Shown: piece by piece, positions 29,955 to 39,685 of the stretch
How positions within the stretch are numbered: the first letter of the stretch is position 1
Layout of the letters: each line of letters begins with the position of its first letter
NCBI GenBank assembly: GCA_965541585.1
Contig: CBEUCH010000019.1
Span: forward strand, 1-61,615
DNA: 61,615 nucleotides
Direction of reading: 5' to 3'
Origin: an uncultured bacterium
GTDB lineage: Bacteria > Zixibacteria > MSB-5A5 > UBA10806
Made by a program: the position numbers and the translations under genes
The notes under the pieces: generated by a model
Seen by the model: the letters and a program-made list of their open reading frames with translations, nothing else
What the model was told of the DNA's origin: nothing
The model's database searches: none

Positions 29955-30473
29955 TTATAGCCCTGCGGTCATGGTGATGACGAGAGTGATTTTGAACCGT
30001 ACCGTAAACGGTGAATTCTCCGCCAGGCCGTAGAGCCAGAAATGACCCTCTTCGGCGGCATCCTTCAGGGCGCCGATGTTCTCTATATGGCTTAACCCAT
30101 CCGACCAGCTGATAAATATCGTACTATCGCCGGGAATGACCGGGGAGGTGAAAATCCTTATAGCGTCTTCCCGCACTTCCGCTGGGGTGACATAGTTTCC
30201 GGAATCGGCCAGCCAGATCTCGGCCTGGTTATCCTCCGGCTGGAGATTTGCAAGAGTGCCGGTAACCGTCACCTGATCGATCGATTTGATCTTGTCCTTG
30301 TTATCGTTGTAGTCTTCGTTGGTTGTAAGGTCGACCTCTACGACCTCCATGCCGACGCTTGACGATATGAATTCGTCGATATCGTACGTAATGATGATGG
30401 TTCCCGATGCAACACATCCCGCGATATAGGTTAACAGCAGGAGGGCCATCGCAAATGTCAGATACTTTTTCAT
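29955..30473 (-). CDS. Hypothetical lipoprotein
   Basis: Lipobox IAGC; RBS; 10 nt downstream of the previous gene. Confidence 0.75.
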   Translation of the reverse strand: MKKYLTFAMALLLLTYIAGCVASGTIIITYDIDEFISSSVGMEVVEVDLTTNEDYNDNKDKIKSIDQVTVTGTLANLQPEDNQAEIWLADSGNYVTPAEVREDAIRIFTSPVIPGDSTIFISWSDGLSHIENIGALKDAAEEGHFWLYGLAENSPFTVRFKITLVITMTAGL

Positions 30474-30483
30474 CTCAACCCTC

Positions 30484-31029
30484 CTACATTATCCCGAAAT
30501 GGTAGTTTGCGCCGACAAAAATCAATATGTTCTTCCGCGATCCGCCACCGTCGGTGGGCACAATTTCGAAGTGGGCGCGAGCCTCGACCCCGATTTTTGC
30601 GGGAAATACTATCTCCAATCCCGGTCCCAGATGATAGCCGACCTCGGAGACGTCATCGTAACCGTCACGGGTCCATTTATAGCTGACCAGGCCTATAGTC
30701 CAGTAGAAGTGAGGGCCGGGACCGCCTCCCGTGCTGCCTATCAGGGCATCTACTCCGAATGCGGTGACCTTGCCGCCATCGGAACTCATGGTCACATCCT
30801 GAATTGTCAGTTCAGGATCGCCGAATGAACGGGACTCGAAAAACAAGGCGCCCGCTATCATAGGCGATGGCGAGATTCTGGCCTTCAATCCGAAGCCAGT
30901 CCCCGATTTGGCATCATCCTGGACGATAGGGGCATTCAGCCCGCCAAAGGCTCCGACCGATATATCCGTCAACGCCCAGGCAGATCCTGTCATAGCCAGA
31001 AACATAAAAATCAGCAAAAGTTTTTTCAT
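30484..31029 (-). CDS. Outer-membrane beta-barrel protein (8-stranded type)
   Basis: Signal peptide, alternating beta strands, C-terminal GANYHF. RBS AGGAGG. Confidence 0.8.
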   Translation of the reverse strand: MKKLLLIFMFLAMTGSAWALTDISVGAFGGLNAPIVQDDAKSGTGFGLKARISPSPMIAGALFFESRSFGDPELTIQDVTMSSDGGKVTAFGVDALIGSTGGGPGPHFYWTIGLVSYKWTRDGYDDVSEVGYHLGPGLEIVFPAKIGVEARAHFEIVPTDGGGSRKNILIFVGANYHFGIM

Positions 31030-31113
31030 TTAACCTCCTGTTGTCATGCATTCTTCGGTCAAAGTAAACTTGGATCTATAATAAGTCAAGAGTTATCACA
31101 ATATGTGCGGAAA

Positions 31114-32019
31114 TTATCTGAAGATCGAAAAGCTGAAGATGTGGCGGTCCCCGAAAAGCCCTGACGGAAGATAGGAATAGTCAATTCTCAACCTCTCAAT
31201 GGCAAAGCCGAGTCCCACCGAAAGGCGTGTATCATTATTACTTCCTGCTCTCATGAAGAAACCGGAGACGGGGGAATACTCCAGTCCTGCCGATGGCACG
31301 AACCCGATGTTTCGCTTATAGGAGAGATCGAGATTTATATTGATGAAATAGCTGCGAAGCGGTATCCAGGCCGAAACCGAATACCTCGCAGGCAGAGGCG
31401 ATGATGAGTTTCCGATTTTGAAATCGGGGCCTATGTTATCGGCGCTGAGCGCTAGCCGTGTAACGCTAAAATCATGGGAGATCCCGAGGCCAAATCCGAA
31501 TCCACTGCCAGATAGGTCATCCAAACGCTGGCTGTAATATGAGACCGACAAACCGTATGAAAGCTTACCTGTCCGCGACAGGCCAAGACGCATCAGGATA
31601 TCACCCGATCTGATTTTCCCCGCCCTGACATTACCTTCCGTATATCCCGTTATCTCACCCGGATCGAACAGATGGATTCCAAGACCGGTCGAATAACCCC
31701 TTCCCAGGAAGAAATTGGCCGCCGCCGCCTGGGAGCGCATATCCATAAAGAGCTTTTGATAAGAGGCGAAACCGCCGGTCCTTTTACCTGTCAGGGCCGG
31801 ATTGACGAAAATGGCCTCCGGCCCTTTTATGCTTGCGTACCCCGCCTGTCCGATTGAAGCTCGATACGCTCCCACCGGTATATTGAGAAAATCCAGGGCG
31901 CATTCGCCGGGATCGGCCCGTATGGAAACGGGGATCGCTGATAACAACATTATAACATATGTAATTGTGATATGTCGGGAAAACAGTATCGATCTTTTAA
32001 GAGTCGTTCTCCGGAGCAT
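31114..32019 (-). CDS. PorV/PorQ-family outer-membrane protein
   Basis: FLNIPVGA.RASIG.A, AIFVNPA, NIGP, RIDYSY...FGDRHIFSF. Confidence 0.8.
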   Translation of the reverse strand: MLRRTTLKRSILFSRHITITYVIMLLSAIPVSIRADPGECALDFLNIPVGAYRASIGQAGYASIKGPEAIFVNPALTGKRTGGFASYQKLFMDMRSQAAAANFFLGRGYSTGLGIHLFDPGEITGYTEGNVRAGKIRSGDILMRLGLSRTGKLSYGLSVSYYSQRLDDLSGSGFGFGLGISHDFSVTRLALSADNIGPDFKIGNSSSPLPARYSVSAWIPLRSYFININLDLSYKRNIGFVPSAGLEYSPVSGFFMRAGSNNDTRLSVGLGFAIERLRIDYSYLPSGLFGDRHIFSFSIFR

Positions 32020-32194
32020 CTTTATCCAACCGGGTATAAGCTTTAAGAAAAAGAATCCAAATTCCTCCGCACGATCCGCATCTTAAAAATCAGTTCCGCC
32101 GTCATACTGCGGTCGGCCTGATTCCAACCATTAACTTCTTACAATCCGGCGCCAGCCTTGTCAACAATTATCGGATTTTTCGAGAAAAGTCTTT

Positions 32195-32578
32195 TTAAAC
32201 ATGGGCGATCATCTCTATCTCTACCAGAACGTCTTTGGGAAGTCGCGCTACCTCGACCGCTGAGCGGGCAGGGAAAGCTCCCTTGAAGTATTCGGAGTAA
32301 ACCTCATTCACCTTAGCAAAATCCTCCATATCTTTCAGAAATACGGTGGCTTTCAGAACATGATCGAAATCCACGCCGGCAGCCGCTAGCACATTTTTAA
32401 GATTTTCAAATACCTGCCGCGCCTGGTCTGTCGCATCACCGCTTACGACTTCACCGGTGGACGGATCGATAGCGATCTGGCCCGATGTGAAAACAAGGCC
32501 TGAGTTTGGCTCTATGACCGCTTGGCTGTAGGGACCGATTGCCTCCGGAGCTTTATCGGTGTGGATGATTTTTTTCAT
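32195..32578 (-). CDS. ridA: RidA/YjgF family reactive intermediate deaminase
   Basis: [26 protein letters not shown]...VEIE. RBS GGAGG before ATG 32578. Confidence 0.92.
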   Translation of the reverse strand: MKKIIHTDKAPEAIGPYSQAVIEPNSGLVFTSGQIAIDPSTGEVVSGDATDQARQVFENLKNVLAAAGVDFDHVLKATVFLKDMEDFAKVNEVYSEYFKGAFPARSAVEVARLPKDVLVEIEMIAHV

Positions 32579-32672
32579 TGAATTACCTCCGAAAAAGGTT
32601 AAATTCACCCGGTAGGGTCTATATCACAGGTCGGATTGGATTTCAAGCCCTCTATAACCGGAAAGACACATT

Positions 32673-34142
32673 TTGAGAATCCTGAAAGCCAGAAGAGAAG
32701 AGATCATAATAGGTCTCCTGGCTATTGGGACCTATATCGTTTGCCTTGTAAATGACTTTCATGCCGATGACTGGGTCGTATTGAGCCATCTTCGCGACGG
32801 ATTCTCGTTTGGCGATTTCTTATCGATGGAGAATCCCGGGCGGTTCAGGCCGCTCACCAACATCCTTCTTTATCTCAGATATCTGGTCTTAGTTGATACC
32901 TCTTTCCTGTATTATACCCTTAACATTATCCTACATGCGCTCGTGTCCATTATGTTATACAGGCTTCTTTTGAAAATCGAACTACAGCCGACGGCCTCTT
33001 TCCTGTCCGCTATCATTTTCGCTGTATATTTTCAACATTATGAGGCTGTCATATGGCTTTATGGCATTATCAGAGAGTTCGAAGCCATATTCTACATAGC
33101 CTGTTTATGGCATCTACATAGTTTTGTAACCGGTGAATCGAAGAAATCATTCTGGCTTTTTGCGGTCTTGACATTCCTGGGGCTTTTTGTCGTGGAGGAT
33201 TTCGTGATAGCGCCGCTCGCATTTCCGGTTTTCGTTCTACTGTTTGCCGGCAAAGGCAGGATGGCAAGAGCCCTGAAGCCGGTCATCATCTCCGGCGTCA
33301 TCGTTCTTCTGGTTTATTTTTCACTCAGAACCGCTCTTATCGCTCGACCGGGAGTGACAGAACAGTATTATTATTTCGGCTCTCATATGTTCAGGGTCCT
33401 TTTCGAGTATCTCGGGTGGTTTGTTGTTCCATCCCCGGAACACGCTTATTTCCAGTCGTTGGCAGCCAGGCTAAACGGTCCGATATTTTATATCTGGAAA
33501 GGAGCGAACTTTCTGACCATGGCCGGATTAATCCCCCTTGCGATATGGCTTTATATAAAATCGCCGAAACCGGTCAGGTTTTTTATTCTCCTCATTCCCA
33601 TAATGCTCCTTCCCATATTGCCATTAGAGTACAAGGTCGGCTCGAGAAACATCTATCCGCCATCGCTGGGGATTGCGGTCATAGCGGGCTACATATTTCA
33701 TAGTCTGATATGGAATAAGGGGATCAGCCTGTGGCTGCGACGGACGTGCCTCGCTGCATTGCTAACCTATATCGGGATCAGCATAGCGGCCATCAATATA
33801 GCATCCCTGGAGTATCATAAGACGCAGGCGCTTGTCGCCGATATTATCGAGGATCTGAGGGAATCGGGTGTTGATTTCAACCAGCATAAATTCACTCTTT
33901 TTGATAACGTTCCGGGGCGTGCTATCATCGGACCGCCCATGATGTATAAAATGGATTATAAACGGTACGTTATTGTTTCCAATGACGCCGTCGCCGGATC
34001 GATAGATATTGAAAGAAAAGCGGATTCTCTTTATAATGAAGGGGTGCCTATTGTCGTTTTCGATTATCGTGACGGCCACATGGTGGAGGCGACGAAAGAA
34101 TATATACCTGCAGGGAAAATTGATTCGAATCTTTCCGAATAA
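32673..34142 (+). CDS. GT-C-fold membrane glycosyltransferase-like protein
   Basis: F.ADDW, FRPL, NIILH, EAV.W, R.IY.P motifs and multiple TM helices. Confidence 0.7.
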   Translation: MRILKARREEIIIGLLAIGTYIVCLVNDFHADDWVVLSHLRDGFSFGDFLSMENPGRFRPLTNILLYLRYLVLVDTSFLYYTLNIILHALVSIMLYRLLLKIELQPTASFLSAIIFAVYFQHYEAVIWLYGIIREFEAIFYIACLWHLHSFVTGESKKSFWLFAVLTFLGLFVVEDFVIAPLAFPVFVLLFAGKGRMARALKPVIISGVIVLLVYFSLRTALIARPGVTEQYYYFGSHMFRVLFEYLGWFVVPSPEHAYFQSLAARLNGPIFYIWKGANFLTMAGLIPLAIWLYIKSPKPVRFFILLIPIMLLPILPLEYKVGSRNIYPPSLGIAVIAGYIFHSLIWNKGISLWLRRTCLAALLTYIGISIAAINIASLEYHKTQALVADIIEDLRESGVDFNQHKFTLFDNVPGRAIIGPPMMYKMDYKRYVIVSNDAVAGSIDIERKADSLYNEGVPIVVFDYRDGHMVEATKEYIPAGKIDSNLSE

Positions 34143-34160
34143 CCTAAACGGGAGGGTTGT

Positions 34161-35747
34161 ATGAGAATTTATATATCCATATTTATAGTCTTATTAGCCG
34201 TTGAGGCGAGGCCCTATGGCACAAAACCGAGGCATATTGCCGCTGACTCGGTCTGGCTTCTGGAGCTGCAGGAAAAATTGGAAGGGAATGATTCAGTATT
34301 TTCCAGGGCCAGATGGGTTTATTATACGACAGGTATAAATCCTGATATACCCGAGAAATTTGCCAGAGAAGGCGGCGAAATTATATTTAGCAGATACAGC
34401 CGCAAGAAGCTCGACAGAATTCAGGGCGAGTTCGGGACTCCTGAACTTAATCGTATTGCAAGACTACTCTATATAAGAATCCTCTCCGGACAAAATAGAT
34501 TTATACCCGATGCCTACGGCCTGGAATCCTCGATTATGGAAACATTTATAAACTATCGTGCCGAATTCGAAGGGGAGAAACGTACAGGAAACTACTTTAG
34601 AAGATTAATGCGCGAAGAATCAGATCGGGAAAGGCGAAGGAGGGCATGGTATGCGAATACGCTTATAGGATCGGATATTGCTCCCAAGCTTCGGAAACTG
34701 ATAAAGAAAAGAAACAGGCTCGCCCGGGAATGTGATGCCGACGATTTTTATGGATTTCAATTGAGCGGCATGGGCATGACAGTGGATAACTTGTTTACGG
34801 TTCTGGATAAACTCGACGCATTGACCAGGGAGCCCTATCTGAAGATCCTCCAAAAAAGGAAGATCAAACTCGGTGTGGAGGCAGTCGAACCCTGGGATCT
34901 GGCCTATTTTCCAGATACATTAGCGCCGGTATTTGATTCCTGTTTTAAGAGAGACAGCCTGATGTCAGTATTAAATAGGACGATGACCGGGCTCGGATAC
35001 AATATGGACAGCCTATCATTACAATACGATCTTGAGCCAAGACCGGGGAAGATCCAGAGCGCCTTTTGCTTTCCCATTGATGTGCCGGATGATATCAGAA
35101 TTTTAGCCAATATCGATGATGGTTATTCATCATATCGAATCCTGTTTCATGAGCTCGGGCATGCGCTTCATTTATCGTATATAGATCAGCCCCATTATAT
35201 GCTACGTGAATCTCCTGCCGGCTGCTTCGCGGAGGCAATGGCGTCTATCAACGCAGCGATATTGCATCAACCTGAGTGGCTCATAAAATACAGCGGAGTT
35301 CCAGATTCAATCCTTTCTCCATCATTAAATCTAATGCATGATGCGAGGATTGTCAGTCTCAGGTTTGCGCTTGTAAATGTTTATTTCGAGAGAGAGTTAT
35401 ATCGCACCGACGCCGAAAATCCGACAGAATTGTACTGGGATATGTACGAAAGGTTTACTTCCGGGGCTCGCCATGATGATGTCGCCCTCTGGGCTTTAGT
35501 TCATCATTACACCGACAATCCGGTTTACGTGCATAACTATATACTCGCCGGGTTGATAGCCGCTCAGACATTGGCCCATCTCGAGAGAATCAACGGGACG
35601 GTGATAGATAATAAGGCAACATCGGAATTTCTTATAAACAACTATTTTAAGCCCGGTGCATCCAAAGATTGGTTTGAGTTGATTGAAGAGGCAACGGGAG
35701 AGCCGCTTAATGCTAAGTATTATATCGAGGATCTTCTGGGAGAATAA
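34161..35747 (+). CDS. Secreted M2/M3-like (gluzincin) metallopeptidase
   Basis: LFHELGHA, downstream FAEA.A, VHH...PVY.HNY and TGEPL motifs; signal peptide. Confidence 0.85.
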   Translation: MRIYISIFIVLLAVEARPYGTKPRHIAADSVWLLELQEKLEGNDSVFSRARWVYYTTGINPDIPEKFAREGGEIIFSRYSRKKLDRIQGEFGTPELNRIARLLYIRILSGQNRFIPDAYGLESSIMETFINYRAEFEGEKRTGNYFRRLMREESDRERRRRAWYANTLIGSDIAPKLRKLIKKRNRLARECDADDFYGFQLSGMGMTVDNLFTVLDKLDALTREPYLKILQKRKIKLGVEAVEPWDLAYFPDTLAPVFDSCFKRDSLMSVLNRTMTGLGYNMDSLSLQYDLEPRPGKIQSAFCFPIDVPDDIRILANIDDGYSSYRILFHELGHALHLSYIDQPHYMLRESPAGCFAEAMASINAAILHQPEWLIKYSGVPDSILSPSLNLMHDARIVSLRFALVNVYFERELYRTDAENPTELYWDMYERFTSGARHDDVALWALVHHYTDNPVYVHNYILAGLIAAQTLAHLERINGTVIDNKATSEFLINNYFKPGASKDWFELIEEATGEPLNAKYYIEDLLGE

Positions 35748-35925
35748 AGGGACATCGGAGATCGTAACGGGACAGTAACTAGCTGTAAATCGGGGACTTA
35801 CATACCCTGTTGAAATTATGTGCCTGAGCTTGAAAAGATCGATCATTAATTTGGCCTTGCTAACCGATAATAAATATATATCTTAATTTGTTGGAACTTG
35901 AGGGGGAGAAAGTCGGTATTAGAGT

Positions 35926-36303
35926 GTGATGGCAATGTTGGGAATAGCAAAATCAACGGTTATTTTTGGGTTGAGCCTTATTCTGCTCGCCGGACCGATG
36001 GCATTCCAGCAGGGATGCCGGATGGCGGATTGCTGCTGCCAGCCTGAAGCGACTGAACAAACCTCTTTAGAAAAATCGTCCTGCTGCGGGTGCGAAATGT
36101 GGGAAGCGGCACAGATGCCGGTTCAGCCGGCCATGGCCCAGGCGATCAGTGTTCCTGATTATGTTCGCACCGAGGTATCTCTCGCCTTTTCCAATGAAAT
36201 CGAGCTATCAGGCAATAAAAATTTCTCAGGTAGATTCATCGAATCGCGTTCTTTATCGCCACCATTAACAAATAGTAGTATAAACACTCCACTTATCTGT
36301 TGA
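35926..36303 (+). CDS. Cys-rich exported small protein upstream of the metal efflux operon (DUF2946/CutF-like candidate)
   Basis: Signal-like N-terminus, C....CCC and CCGC clusters, C-terminal RSLSPP...PLIC. Confidence 0.7.
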   Translation: MMAMLGIAKSTVIFGLSLILLAGPMAFQQGCRMADCCCQPEATEQTSLEKSSCCGCEMWEAAQMPVQPAMAQAISVPDYVRTEVSLAFSNEIELSGNKNFSGRFIESRSLSPPLTNSSINTPLIC

Positions 36304-36372
36304 TTCTTTTGCAGCGACTATAGTATTCTAAAGACCGGTGCAGGCCGCGTCTTTTAACTTTTTGCAAAAGGA
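36304..36372 (+). promoter_or_regulatory. Hairpin sequestering the probable RBS of the TolC gene
   Basis: TTCTTTTGCA (36304-13) pairs with TGCAAAAGGA (36363-72); inner stem AAAGACCGGT/GGCCGCGTCTTT. Confidence 0.55.
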
Positions 36373-36379
36373 CAGGAGA

Positions 36380-37669
36380 GTGTGGAGAATAATAGTTTTC
36401 GTAACATTTCTAAGCCTTCTGGCGATGCCCAGCACGGTACCGGGGCAGCCGATTCCCGGTGATCCGGTACTGGATTCGCTGATATCATCGGCTCTGAATA
36501 ACAACCCCGATATTCGGGCGGTTGCCGAGAAAGTAAAATCGGCGGAGTATATGGTCTCCCCGGCCGGAGCCCTTCCTGATCCGATGGCATCAGTAGGGCT
36601 ATCGGGGCCGCTGGCTGAATCGTGGATCGGAGAGCCGATGGCGATGCCGAATGTGAAGCTCGGTTTATCTCAGAAGTTTCCATTCCCCGGCAAACTGGGA
36701 GCTTCGAAGAACGCCGCCGAGAACAGGGCCAGGGGTTTAGCGGAATCTCTGGAGGCTGCCAGACAGAGACTGGCAACCATGGTTATAGCGGCCTATTACG
36801 ATCTCGCCTACTGGCTCGACGCCAAAGAGACGGTCGAAAGGAATATAGATTTCGTCAGTGAACTGGAGGTGGTCGCCAGGGAACGGTACAAAGTCGGTCA
36901 GGGACTTCAGGTGCACGTTCTACAGGCCCAGAAAAGCCTGACGCGTCTCGAGGATCAAGAACTCATGATCGATCAGATGGTCGAAACCTCACGATGGCGG
37001 CTGTCCAAACTTCTGGGGAATATGAATCCGGGCTCTTTGTACGCGTCATTGCCTGACGTAAAAAACCTGCCTGAGCGGGACAACGAATCATTGAGAGATC
37101 GTCTAATCAAGCGCAATCCGGATTATAAGAGTTCGGCTTTCACTATCGAAATGCGTAAGGATATTCTGAGAAAGGCGAGGCTCGGTTACCTGCCGGATAT
37201 CACCGTGGGCGCCGGCTACGGTTTCAGATGGGAAAACGATATGTTTCCGATGTTCAGCAGGGACATGCTAACGGTGACTGCCGGACTGAATATTCCGCTC
37301 TGGGCAGGGTGGAAACAGAAAAATATCATCTTATCGGCGAAAGCGAATCTTCGCCAGTCGGAATATACGAGATCGGATCTGCGAAACCGGCTTACGTTTG
37401 AGCTTGAGAAGCATCTTTTGGAATACCGGCGCAACAGATCGAAATACGCTCTTTACGGGCAATCCCTTATCCCGCAGACGCAGGCGACCCTGGAATCGGC
37501 CAGGGCCGCTTATCAGGTCGGTAAGCTGGAATTCCTCGATGTTATAACCGCTCAAATGGAATTGTTTAACGCCGAGCTGGAATTGCAGAGATCATTGGCC
37601 GATGCCCTGAAGGCGCTGGCCGAGATAGACAGATTGACGGCGGATGCCGTGGCTGATTCGAACAACTAA
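36380..37669 (+). CDS. TolC/CusC-family outer-membrane efflux protein
   Basis: AL.NNPD, LPDP, SQKFPFPGK, AY.VG...FLDV. Start GTG 36380 inferred (the ORF opens at 36338). Confidence 0.9.
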   Translation: MWRIIVFVTFLSLLAMPSTVPGQPIPGDPVLDSLISSALNNNPDIRAVAEKVKSAEYMVSPAGALPDPMASVGLSGPLAESWIGEPMAMPNVKLGLSQKFPFPGKLGASKNAAENRARGLAESLEAARQRLATMVIAAYYDLAYWLDAKETVERNIDFVSELEVVARERYKVGQGLQVHVLQAQKSLTRLEDQELMIDQMVETSRWRLSKLLGNMNPGSLYASLPDVKNLPERDNESLRDRLIKRNPDYKSSAFTIEMRKDILRKARLGYLPDITVGAGYGFRWENDMFPMFSRDMLTVTAGLNIPLWAGWKQKNIILSAKANLRQSEYTRSDLRNRLTFELEKHLLEYRRNRSKYALYGQSLIPQTQATLESARAAYQVGKLEFLDVITAQMELFNAELELQRSLADALKALAEIDRLTADAVADSNN

Positions 37670-37685
37670 AAATGTGAGGAATACG

Positions 37686-39674
37686 ATGAGAAGATTCTGG
37701 ATCGTACCTATAGCAGTGATTTCGCTGGGGGCAGGAGTCTTATTAGGACTGGCTCTCTTCGGCACCGGTGGAGATAGCAGTTCAACACAAGCTTCTGCAG
37801 CGAAACAACAATACACCTGCGGCATGCATCCTGAGATCATATCCGATGAGCCCGGGTATTGTCCCATATGTGAGATGAGGCTCACCCCCATAAGACGAGA
37901 GACAGCGAGAACATCATCGGGCGAAAGAGTGATTGCCTACTGGGTGGCTCCCATGGATCCCGCCTATATTCGCAACGAACCCGGGAAATCCCCCATGGGG
38001 ATGGATCTGGTGCCAGTGTATGAAGACGAGATTATCGGAAGTATCATCAAAATCGATCCGGTAACATCGCAGAACATGGGCCTGAAAATGGCAACGGCCG
38101 AGCAAAAACAGTTAACAAAAGAGATAACTGCTGTGGCTCGTATAGTATATGACGAGGAGAAGCTATACGGCGTCAATTCCAAGGTCCCTGGATGGATCGA
38201 GAATCTTTATGTCGATTTCGAGGGCATGTCTGTCAAGAAAGACGATCCCCTTCTTGAGATCTACTCGCCCGATCTGGTCACCGCCCAGCAGGAATACCTT
38301 TCCGCGTTGAGAAATCATGAGAATTTGAAAGACGTCTCGCTGGAATCCGCCCGCAAGGGAGCGGCTGACCTTTTGGTGGCCGCCAAAGACCGGCTGTTGC
38401 TCTGGGATATCACTGAGGAACAGATCGAAAACCTCAGACAAACAGGTGCCGTAAAGAAAACTCTCACTCTTTATTCCCCGGCCGACGGCGTGGTTATATC
38501 ACGGATGGTGGTCGACGGTGATAAAGTCATGCCGGGGATGAAGCTTTTCCAGGTGGCGGATCTCTCAACGGTCTGGGCACATGCCGACATATACGAATAT
38601 GAATTGCCGTTCATTTCTATGGGTCAGGAAGTCAGGCTCAGCCTCTCATACCTTCCCGGCACGACGTTTACCGGACGCATCTCTTTCATATACCCCTATC
38701 TGAATGAAATGACCCGTGACGTCCGGATCAGGATAGAGATTCCGAATCCCAACCTCTATTTGAAACCAAACATGTATGCTACCGCCTTCATAAGCTCGTC
38801 TCTTCCAGGAACCCGGGTTGTCATACCTAATCAAGCGGTCATCCGTTCCGGACTTCGGAATCTGGTTTTTATATCGTTAGGAAACGGCAAATTCATGCCC
38901 CGCGAAGTGAAGTTGGGCGTTCTGGGACAGAACGATATGATCGAAATTGTTTCAGGTCTCAATGCCGGGAACATTGTTGTTACATCATCGCAGTTCATGC
39001 TCGATTCCGAATCGCGTCTGAGGGAGGCGACCAGCAAGATTCGGGCGAAGATGGCATCGGCTACAGTGGTCAAAGATGAGCCGGTGGAGGTGCAGGAGCC
39101 TTCGCAGAGAGAGCATCCGGAAGCGGAAATGAAGCAGATGAAGATGGAACAGAAGGAGGAGTCCGAGCCCGAATCGGCCAGCGGCGTTTATACCTGCCCC
39201 ATGGACTCTCACTCTCATATAGTGCAGATGGGCCCGGGAAAATGCCCGGAGTGCGCCATGAAGCTGGTGCCGGCGGAGGAGACGTCCGGCAGGACCTTCT
39301 ATAGTTGCCTTATGCTCGAGGACAGCCTCTCTATCGAACCGGGGTGCTGCGATAAAGGCGCCGTGAAGCTGGTGGAGGAATCAATCGGCGGCGAAGATCA
39401 AGAGATGGAGTCTCATGATGTGAACAAGCATGATGGGAAAGAATCACCATCCGCAGAGCTCAGCGGCATATTCACCTGCCCCATGGATTCACACTCCCAT
39501 ATAGTGGAGATGGGCCCGGGAAAATGCCCGGAGTGTGGCATGAAACTGGTGCCGGCGGAGGAGACTTCCAGGAGCATGGCCTGCGTATGCCCGATGTCCG
39601 AGGACAGCTTTGTCTCAGCGGAGCTGGGGCATTGCCCAAAATGCGGTACGAAGTTAGCTGAAAAAACAATTTAA
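37686..39674 (+). CDS. cusB: CusB-type RND periplasmic adaptor with multiple heavy-metal-binding domains
   Basis: YTCGMHP..CPIC.M.L, YWVAPMDP...PGKSPMGMDLVP, YSP.L..AQ.EY, LKPNMY, and C-terminal CPM...CP.C.M.L repeats. Confidence 0.88.
   Translation: MRRFWIVPIAVISLGAGVLLGLALFGTGGDSSSTQASAAKQQYTCGMHPEIISDEPGYCPICEMRLTPIRRETARTSSGERVIAYWVAPMDPAYIRNEPGKSPMGMDLVPVYEDEIIGSIIKIDPVTSQNMGLKMATAEQKQLTKEITAVARIVYDEEKLYGVNSKVPGWIENLYVDFEGMSVKKDDPLLEIYSPDLVTAQQEYLSALRNHENLKDVSLESARKGAADLLVAAKDRLLLWDITEEQIENLRQTGAVKKTLTLYSPADGVVISRMVVDGDKVMPGMKLFQVADLSTVWAHADIYEYELPFISMGQEVRLSLSYLPGTTFTGRISFIYPYLNEMTRDVRIRIEIPNPNLYLKPNMYATAFISSSLPGTRVVIPNQAVIRSGLRNLVFISLGNGKFMPREVKLGVLGQNDMIEIVSGLNAGNIVVTSSQFMLDSESRLREATSKIRAKMASATVVKDEPVEVQEPSQREHPEAEMKQMKMEQKEESEPESASGVYTCPMDSHSHIVQMGPGKCPECAMKLVPAEETSGRTFYSCLMLEDSLSIEPGCCDKGAVKLVEESIGGEDQEMESHDVNKHDGKESPSAELSGIFTCPMDSHSHIVEMGPGKCPECGMKLVPAEETSRSMACVCPMSEDSFVSAELGHCPKCGTKLAEKTI
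39180..39569 (+). repeat. Intragenic duplication (282-bp offset) of a metal-binding module in cusB
   Basis: 39180-39287 and 39462-39569 both encode SG..TCPMDSHSHIV.MGPGKCPEC.MKLVPAEETS with near-identical DNA. Confidence 0.9.
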
Positions 39675-39685
39675 GGCAGCAATCG

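Noticed and set aside
36298..36357. Third selenoprotein by read-through of Cys-TGA at the end of the Cys-rich ORF
   Set aside because: Read-through adds only about 17 codons before a TAA with no domain continuation, and the hairpin is better explained as RBS occlusion. Not fully excluded.
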